From an uncultured Eubacteriales bacterium (GTDB lineage: Bacteria; Bacillota; Clostridia; Oscillospirales; CAG-272), in the NCBI GenBank assembly GCA_948467545.1, contig CAOKER010000013.1, positions 3,694 through 67,693 on the forward strand: a DNA stretch of 64,000 bases. The letters are read 5' to 3'. Below are positions 29,774-35,588 of this stretch, piece after piece (the first letter of the stretch is position 1; the number at the start of each line of letters is the position of its first letter). A program made the position numbers and the translations under genes. The notes under the pieces were generated by a model. That model had not been told where the DNA came from, did not search any database, and saw only the letters and a program-made list of their open reading frames with translations.

Positions 29774-29802
29774 ATTATAACATATTTTCCGATACATTTC
29801 AA
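29774..29802 (-). promoter_or_regulatory. minus-strand promoter TTGAAA-17-TGtTATAAT (paralog C)
   Basis: Plus-strand text reads ATTATA at 29774-29779 and TTTCAA at 29797-29802. Confidence 0.6.
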
Positions 29803-29978
29803 GGGGGCTGATTCGTTTTTTACATTTTTATCTCTGTTTTTTTGTTATCGGATCGGACAGTTGACTTTAGCCGTTTTTGGCTTTGTCGGCGCCTTGCGGA
29901 TTCTTGATTCTGTAGAGAAGGAATTGACCTGAGCTTTTTATGGTTTTCGGCGGTTGAGTTTTCGATTTGTAAACGCAA

Positions 29979-30018
29979 ACCGGAGTATGTGTTGTCACAT
30001 ACCCCGGTTTATTTTTCT
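29979..30018 (+). terminator. plus-strand intrinsic terminator
   Basis: ACCGGAGTATGTG / CACATACCCCGGT stem, then TTATTTTTCT. Confidence 0.55.
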
Positions 30019-30023
30019 GTCCG

Positions 30024-30094
30024 TTGAAAAGACGTCGGAAGTCCGTCGAAAATTCATTGAAAATTATCGAAAAATTATTGAAAAATCTGAAAGG
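30024..30094. repeat. seven helically phased T(T/C)G(A/G)AA(A/G) boxes, 9-11-nt spacing
   Basis: Boxes start at 30024, 30035, 30046, 30057, 30067, 30078 and 30087. Confidence 0.8.
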
Positions 30095-30822
30095 ATGTGT
30101 TCAGCTTGTCGGACGCAAGTGGTAGTCTGCGTAAAACGTGCTTTCCAAACCGAAATCCTCCGAAGCGGGGCTTTTCGGTCGCACCCCTTTTAAATCAAAG
30201 CATTACGACCGAATCCATACATAAAAAGTTTACAATTGAATAATCGACTGCAGTTGTCTGCGGAGATTCGCTCTCGTTAAATCAGCCGTTTTTAAAGCTT
30301 TTGAACAGCTTTAAAATTCGTGCTGACCAAGTTACGGGTTAATCTCCCGGAAAAAAAGTAGGTCACAGTGAGCATTGAGAAGTAGGAATTCTCAATGCTC
30401 GAACTCAGGGTTGACACAAGCAACACCTAAGTCACTACTGTGACGTCTATTATGATAACACATTTTCTCATTTCTGTCAAGGGGTTTACAATTCCTGACA
30501 TTGAGTATTTTCGTGTGTTTGACGTCGCGGTGTGTGCTGTCGGTTATACTAGTCAGGCTGACAGTCGATTATTCGATAACGTGTTGTGGGTGAGCGCACC
30601 TACCATAAGCATTTTTGCTCAGCGCGTTGTGTGCCGTGAAATCCTGCGGATAAACGGCGTGCAGTAGCCCACGGCCTTGAGTTCCCGCTGTATATTGTTC
30701 GTATCATCAGTATTCCGGGAGTTAACTATCGGTTTTACGGTATTATTACGGCGTTTTTTATCACTTTGAACTTGTTCGTTATGAACTTGAACGCTTTGAA
30801 CTTGATGCTGTATAATGCGCAA

Positions 30823-30948
30823 GCCGCGGCTTTATTTAAATTGCGCGCCGTATTCCGATTTATATAGATGGGCGCATTGGCTTTTTGCCGATGTGTCCGA
30901 AAGACGCGAAAAGACAGACTGCATCGACGGGTGTAGTCTGTCCTTTTT
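30823..30948 (+). ncRNA. candidate small RNA with own promoter and terminator
   Basis: TTGAAC-18-TATAAT at 30787-30816. 8-bp terminator stem GACAGACT/AGTCTGTC (30913-30942) plus TTTTT. No RBS-preceded ORF. Confidence 0.35.
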
Positions 30949-30988
30949 GCGCGTTTATTTGTCATTTGGATTTTGACTCTTTAAATCA

Positions 30989-31137
30989 GGCGCTTCAAAT
31001 CGCGCTTAAGCTTTTGCACTTTAAATCCGCGCTTAAGCTTTTGCGCTTCAAATCGCGTTTAAGCTTTTGCACTTAAAATCCGCGCTTAAGCTTTTGCGCT
31101 TCAAATCTGCGCTTAAGCTTCGCCGCTTCAAATCCCG
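30989..31137. repeat. 26-27-nt tandem repeat, five units plus a partial one, two alternating variants
   Basis: CGCGCTTAAGCTTTTGCACTTTAAATC alternates with CGCGCTTAAGCTTTTGCGCTTCAAATC. Unit starts are 31001, 31028, 31055, 31081 and 31108. Confidence 0.9.
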
Positions 31138-31190
31138 CGTTGTATTTTCACGTCATACGGCGCCGATTGGAAAACGGAGGTTTTATATGC

Positions 31191-31637
31191 TTAATTTGAT
31201 TCATTAGCCGAGACGCCTTCGGGTGTATCGCTCGGCATATCCTCCTTGCAGAAAAATGATCTGTAATACAGGAGAATTTTCATCAGTGTGTCAAGCTGAT
31301 ACTCGCTTTTGGAGCTGAGTATTTCAAAAGCCTCGGAGCTGCTCAGCGGCTCTGACTCCTCCGAGCTTTGAAGTAAATCGTAAGCCGAAACGTCTAAACT
31401 TTTACAGATGGTGCCGAGAACGTCGGAACTCGGAAAGTTGCGCGCATTTTCGAGTCTCGCATAAAAATTCGCGCTGATGTCCACCTCCTCGGAAAATCTT
31501 TCCTGTGTAAATTCGGACCTCTTTCTGTAAAATGCAAGCCTTTTGCTTAAAAACTTTTTCATCTCGTTTGCAATGACTTTTTCTTCTTTTGTCTTGCCGT
31601 CAGGTGTGAAAATGTCAATTTCATTCTTAATTTTCAT
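31191..31637 (-). CDS. XRE-family HTH protein (148 aa)
   Basis: HTH region LAFYRKRSEFTQERFSEEVDISANFYARLE. GAGGAG RBS. Lies 22 nt downstream of the preceding XRE gene, so a probable operon. Confidence 0.7.
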   Translation of the reverse strand: MKIKNEIDIFTPDGKTKEEKVIANEMKKFLSKRLAFYRKRSEFTQERFSEEVDISANFYARLENARNFPSSDVLGTICKSLDVSAYDLLQSSEESEPLSSSEAFEILSSKSEYQLDTLMKILLYYRSFFCKEDMPSDTPEGVSANESN

Positions 31638-31659
31638 GGTTTTTATGCTCCTCTCGGAA

Positions 31660-31983
31660 TTATTTCTTTGACATTCGCTCTCTGTCTCTCATGACGCTTT
31701 GTAAAAGCAGATTGATTAAATCCTCTTTTTCCTTTGTGTTCATGCTGTCAATCAGGATATTGATTGCCGTGGCCTTGAAATATTTTTCGTCGCCGATCAG
31801 AAACACATCGTAAGGCACATGGTAGAGATTGGCAAGTTTCAGTAAATTTCCGGCTTTCGGTCTCCTGTAGCCGCTTTCCCAGTGATAATAATACTTGACC
31901 TTTTCACCTGTGTATTGAGCGATTTGCTCGGCCTTGATGTTGAAAATGTGCCTGAGCTGTTTTAACATGTCGCTGACTTCCAT
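31660..31983 (-). CDS. XRE-family HTH protein (107 aa)
   Basis: LKQLRHIFNIKAEQIAQYTGEKVKYYYHWESG HTH. AAAGGAG RBS 7 nt upstream. Confidence 0.7.
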   Translation of the reverse strand: MEVSDMLKQLRHIFNIKAEQIAQYTGEKVKYYYHWESGYRRPKAGNLLKLANLYHVPYDVFLIGDEKYFKATAINILIDSMNTKEKEDLINLLLQSVMRDRERMSKK

Positions 31984-32443
31984 GGTTTTACTCCTTTCAA
32001 GCCTCTTTTATAGGTTTAAATTTTTCATCATTTTAGATTTTTTTCCGCAGAACGGAAACGTAACGCTTTTTAGACTTCACTCGGAATTTCACGTCTTTTT
32101 AAACTTTTTCAACTTGCATATCAAAAATATGAGTTGTTTTTACTTTATAGCAGAAAAGTCGTTGCAGTATTTTGGCGAATATAGACAATTGTATTTACAC
32201 ATAGTCGTATTTGTTGGTTTTAGGTATCGTTTTGCGAAACGGCCTGCATTTTAAAGTCTTCAGCTTTTTCTGAAATTTGTTTATCGCTTTTCAAAATGCA
32301 TTGTGTCGTTTCTCAAATGATATATATACTCCTTTCCGAGTATTTTTGGTGCTGCGGACGGGGGCTCTGCGTTTCGGGTAAGTCATTTCTCCGAGTTATC
32401 CGAATCTTCCTCAGTCCGCCGCGCTGAAAAAATGCTTTATGTT

Positions 32444-33259
32444 TCACTTTGATTCCTCCTCGTCGGGTATTGTCAAATCATAATTTGGTTTCAGATAATC
32501 CCTTATTTGACGGTCCAGCTGTGCTTCGGACCAGTTTGGTAAGGCATCGCGGAATTTTAAATAATGATCGGTGTCGATTTCCTTGTCTGTCTGAACAAGA
32601 AAGAACAACGGAATGTCAAACAGCTCGCTTGCCGCTTTGGCGTGATGTATCGTCATGTTTCTGTTGCTGTTTTCAATTCTCTTCACGTTTTCCCAAGAAA
32701 TACCGCTGAGGTTTGCCCGCGTATTTGCATGCGTTTCTTCGGGATTATGTGATTTCTTACTCATGATTTCAGACAGCTTGATAGAAAGCTCGACTTGACT
32801 CATATTTCTCTTGATGCGGTAAAATTTTAAATTGTTGCAGAAGAACGAATTTTCTTTGTAGTTTATAATTTGCGGGATGCTTTTGTTTTCGGGCAAAACA
32901 GCTTTTTCCCCGATGTTCCTGTCTGTTCCGTAATAAAATTGGTTATGAATTTTGATTTTTTCTAATTGAGTGTTTAGGTCGGAAAGCCATATAAAAGAAT
33001 ATAGGCATTGCAGTTTGAATTTTCTGCTCTTATCCGAGAAAAAGTAGTCTATCGGGATTTTGTACAATGTTGAAATTCTCAAAATTAATGACAGGGAAAT
33101 AGCCATGCTTTTGTTGCCTTCTTTTAAATCGGTTAAATCGGTGTTCTCAAACTCCGATATGTGGTGTACGCTTACGCCGAGAAGCTTCGCTTCCTCTGTC
33201 TGAGTTAAATTGTTTAGCTCGCGGATCTCTTTGAATTTGTTCTTTACTTTCTTTTTCAT
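32444..33259 (-). CDS. XRE-family regulator with two HTH domains (271 aa)
   Basis: HTH 1 is FKEIRELNNLTQTEEAKLLGVSVHHISEFE. HTH 2 is LKFYRIKRNMSQVELSIKL...VKRIEN. AGGAGG RBS. Confidence 0.75.
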   Translation of the reverse strand: MKKKVKNKFKEIRELNNLTQTEEAKLLGVSVHHISEFENTDLTDLKEGNKSMAISLSLILRISTLYKIPIDYFFSDKSRKFKLQCLYSFIWLSDLNTQLEKIKIHNQFYYGTDRNIGEKAVLPENKSIPQIINYKENSFFCNNLKFYRIKRNMSQVELSIKLSEIMSKKSHNPEETHANTRANLSGISWENVKRIENSNRNMTIHHAKAASELFDIPLFFLVQTDKEIDTDHYLKFRDALPNWSEAQLDRQIRDYLKPNYDLTIPDEEESK

Positions 33260-33286
33260 ACTTATACCTCCTGTAATTTCACATCA

Positions 33287-33303
33287 ATTACAAATTTTGT
33301 AAT
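33287..33303. promoter_or_regulatory. 17-bp perfect palindrome ATTACAAATTTTGTAAT, probable operator
   Basis: Lies 14 bp upstream of the AGGAGG RBS of the two-HTH XRE gene 32444-33259. Confidence 0.45.
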
Positions 33304-33715
33304 GCCGATAAAACAAATTAGAGTGACATCCGGTAAAAGTTTTATCGGATACTATTTTAATTAAAATCTGCTGAATATTTGGTAAAATCAAGTCAGAAAA
33401 TAGTACTTAGTTTCACTGAAGTTATTTGTAATTATGTGATGATTGGTTTTTTATGTCCGAAAATTGTTTTCAGACATATAATTATGTAAAATATGGTAAT
33501 ACATACACGCAAAAGAATATGTCGTAATTTATGATTTAACATAATTTTTTGCGGATGCTAATGTACTTTTACGAGTACATATTATTTATTATATTCCAAA
33601 TTCAAGCAAATCAAAGTTTGATATTAAAATAGCATCGGCAAAATTACATTTTTTAACTGGGATTATTTATAAGACCATAATTTGGGATAGCTTTAAAACG
33701 CAGATATGGTTATAG

Positions 33716-33813
33716 CTGCGGTATATAGAAAGCGGTAAATACAGTATATAAATACGGTAGTACGGTATATAAATACGGTAAGTACGGTATATAAAATACG
33801 GTATAAAAAACGG
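33716..33813. repeat. degenerate tandem repeat built from CGGTA words (~21-22-nt period)
   Basis: ACGGTATATAAATACGGTAGT / ACGGTATATAAATACGGTAAGT / ACGGTATATAAAATACGGTATAAAAAA. Confidence 0.85.
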
Positions 33814-33859
33814 AATGGAACTCCGCCCGGTTATGGCTCTTTTAAATAATAAATTTTGT

Positions 33860-34174
33860 TTATGCCGTGACTTGTGACATCTGTTCGGAAAGTTTACGAG
33901 GCTTTGACAGATTCCTGTCACGGCTTATAAATAATGGTTTATTAAGCTGTAGTCTGTGGGGATTTGATTTAATGAGCTTTGGTTCATTGGACTTTGATTT
34001 ACTGAACTCTTGTTCATTGAACTTTGATTTACTAAGCTTTGGTTTAATGGACTTCGATTTATTAAGCTTTGGTTCGTTTGACTTTGATTTTCTAAGCTTT
34101 GGTTTAATGAATTTCGGTTTATTAAGCTTTGGTTCGTTTGACTTTGATTTATTAAATCTTGTTTTATTTCTCAT
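33860..34174 (-). CDS. candidate Lys-rich decapeptide-repeat protein (104 aa), overlapping the upstream XRE gene
   Basis: The ATG at 34174 overlaps the XRE stop by 11 nt, and AGGAG lies 9 nt upstream. The ORF is kept open by seven exact 30-nt repeats (SKSNEPKLNK / PKFIKPKLRK). The opposite strand is also open, so coding status is uncertain. Confidence 0.3.
   Translation of the reverse strand: MRNKTRFNKSKSNEPKLNKPKFIKPKLRKSKSNEPKLNKSKSIKPKLSKSKFNEQEFSKSKSNEPKLIKSNPHRLQLNKPLFISRDRNLSKPRKLSEQMSQVTA
33961..34170. repeat. 30-nt tandem repeat, seven units with no length variation
   Basis: Units start at 33961, 33991, 34021, 34051, 34081, 34111 and 34141 (ACTTTGATTTATTAAGCTTTGGTTCGTTTG type). Confidence 0.95.
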
Positions 34175-34922
34175 GGCGTGTTTCTCCTATTCTTGTTTTA
34201 CGGTTTTTCAGGTCTAACAGCGTCAGGAGCAGGGACTGAAGTACGTCGTCGTCAAGCTTGTTAAGCTGTTCGTACACATCGAAATTCTTGTAATCGATCT
34301 TACTCTGATACAGGAAAAACATGGGCGTCTCAAGAATTTGGCTGAACTTTTTGAGCAGCTCGACGGATGGCGGCTTAGTCGTTTCAAGCTCGGTTTGATA
34401 ATGGTTTGAAATTCCTGCGGCTTCCGATAAAGTCGCTTGCGTGTAGCCCTTTCGCCTTCTGTACTTGGCTATGTTGCTTCGATGTCTTTTCCTCCGTCTT
34501 GGACTGTTTTGACTTCCCGTTTGGGAGGGTTCATAATTACTGCCCGTATTTAGCCAATCATCCGCGGTATTGGGCTGTATCTCGGAAGCTGATTGACTGT
34601 CGTCCTGAGCCTGAATTTTTAATGACTTTTGCAGGCATTGAAGCCCCTCGATAAGCTTGTCTATCTCGCTTTTCTCCGAAAGTGAGCTTAATGCTTCGAT
34701 TGAATAGATGAGAAATCTTCGCTCGTCGCAGAATAGTACGTCTAAAGGAATTCCGTAGGCGTAAGAAAATTTGCACAAACCTTTTAGTCTTGGAACTTTG
34801 GTTCCCGTTTCGATCTGACAAAGATAGTTTGCTGTGACTCCGATTTTATCGGCTCCGTCTTTTCTGGAGTCAAAAAAGAAATTTCTGATCCATTCAAGTT
34901 TACTGTTTACTTTAATACTCAT
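34164..34922 (-). CDS. XRE-family regulator with two HTH domains (252 aa)
   Basis: HTH 1 is GADKIGVTANYLCQIETG. HTH 2 is IAKYRRRKGYTQATLSEAAGISNHYQTELE. AAAGGAAG RBS before ATG 34922; the track ORF starts at GTG 34955. Confidence 0.75.
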   Translation of the reverse strand: MSIKVNSKLEWIRNFFFDSRKDGADKIGVTANYLCQIETGTKVPRLKGLCKFSYAYGIPLDVLFCDERRFLIYSIEALSSLSEKSEIDKLIEGLQCLQKSLKIQAQDDSQSASEIQPNTADDWLNTGSNYEPSQTGSQNSPRRRKRHRSNIAKYRRRKGYTQATLSEAAGISNHYQTELETTKPPSVELLKKFSQILETPMFFLYQSKIDYKNFDVYEQLNKLDDDVLQSLLLTLLDLKNRKTRIGETRHEK

Positions 34923-35588
34923 CTGATTCTTCCTTTCTTTTGAAATATTTACCACATATACACATAAGACATTTCACATTCATTTTCGTTTTTAAAAGTA
35001 TTCATTTTTCACGGATTTGTCTATTTTTGGTTCAAGTTTATCTATTAACCCCCTTTTTATTATTTTTTTCTTAAAGTTATATCACGAATAAACGAGAATA
35101 TTATCGTGGCATTCTGCATCGCCTCCCTTAAATTCCGAATGAAGTGAAAAAGATCTTAATGAAGTAAAATCAAGTACTTTTTAAAAATTTTTTTTAAGAG
35201 AAATTAAAAGACAATTTTTTCATTTTAGACATATATATAGAAATTATCCTAAATTTTAGCACTTATTAAGTACTATTATAAGTCAAAAGGTCTAAAATGG
35301 GAATATTCTCAAAAGTTTTTATTTTTTATCTTATGGCATATATTGTTATTCTACAAGATATTAAACATAAATAAAATAGCATATATATTATAAAATCATT
35401 ATAATCTGAGAAAAATTACCTATTAGGTATAAAATGTATATCTTTCTGGATTTTAATTCGCGGCAAACGACACGTTTCTACAAATTTTGCAACATTCTTG
35501 TGTTATAATAAATAAACTAAAGTATTACTTTGTAAGTCTTTGAGACTTTACGCGGTGTGTTTTTCGCGCTGCGGGATTGAAGGATAAA

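Larger units (their letters stand above)
29637..29821 (+). ncRNA. candidate antisense transcript across paralog C
   Basis: Driven by the plus-strand consensus promoter at 29602-29630. Ends at the T run 29816-29821, after the long-range pairing GGAATCCC / GGGGGCTGATTC. Confidence 0.35.
28955..29830. repeat. tandem duplication of a ~450-480-bp composite unit (units B and C)
   Basis: Both units contain, in order: the arm ACAAGCRGAA, a GC-rich segment, a short ATG-started stretch with or without a 9-nt microsatellite, the arm TTCTGCTTGT, an AT-rich promoter region, and the conserved ~185-nt module. Confidence 0.85.

Noticed and set aside
29687-30140. tRNA-like D-arm loops (GTGAG-TTGGTAG-CTCAC in modules B and C; ACGCA-AGTGGTAGTC-TGCGT at 30118-30140).
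   Set aside because: No acceptor, anticodon or T-arm (GTTCGAATC-like) can be built around them. They are noted only as a shared loop motif.
26693-34170. Considered whether the tandem repeat arrays could be CRISPR arrays.
   Set aside because: Units abut directly with no unique spacers. Unit lengths (9-30 nt) and their degeneracy are wrong for CRISPR. No cas genes or leader are present.
30989-34170. Considered whether the 27-nt and 30-nt arrays are ToxI-like type III antitoxin RNA repeats.
   Set aside because: The adjacent ORFs are HTH regulators, not ToxN/CptN/AbiEii-like toxins. The arrays lie downstream rather than upstream of the neighbouring gene on its strand.
27570-35570. Considered whether the island is a prophage, ICE or plasmid remnant.
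   Set aside because: No integrase, recombinase, relaxase, Rep, terminase or structural genes occur in any frame. No flanking tRNA or obvious att direct repeats were seen. Only Cro/C1-like regulators hint at a phage origin.
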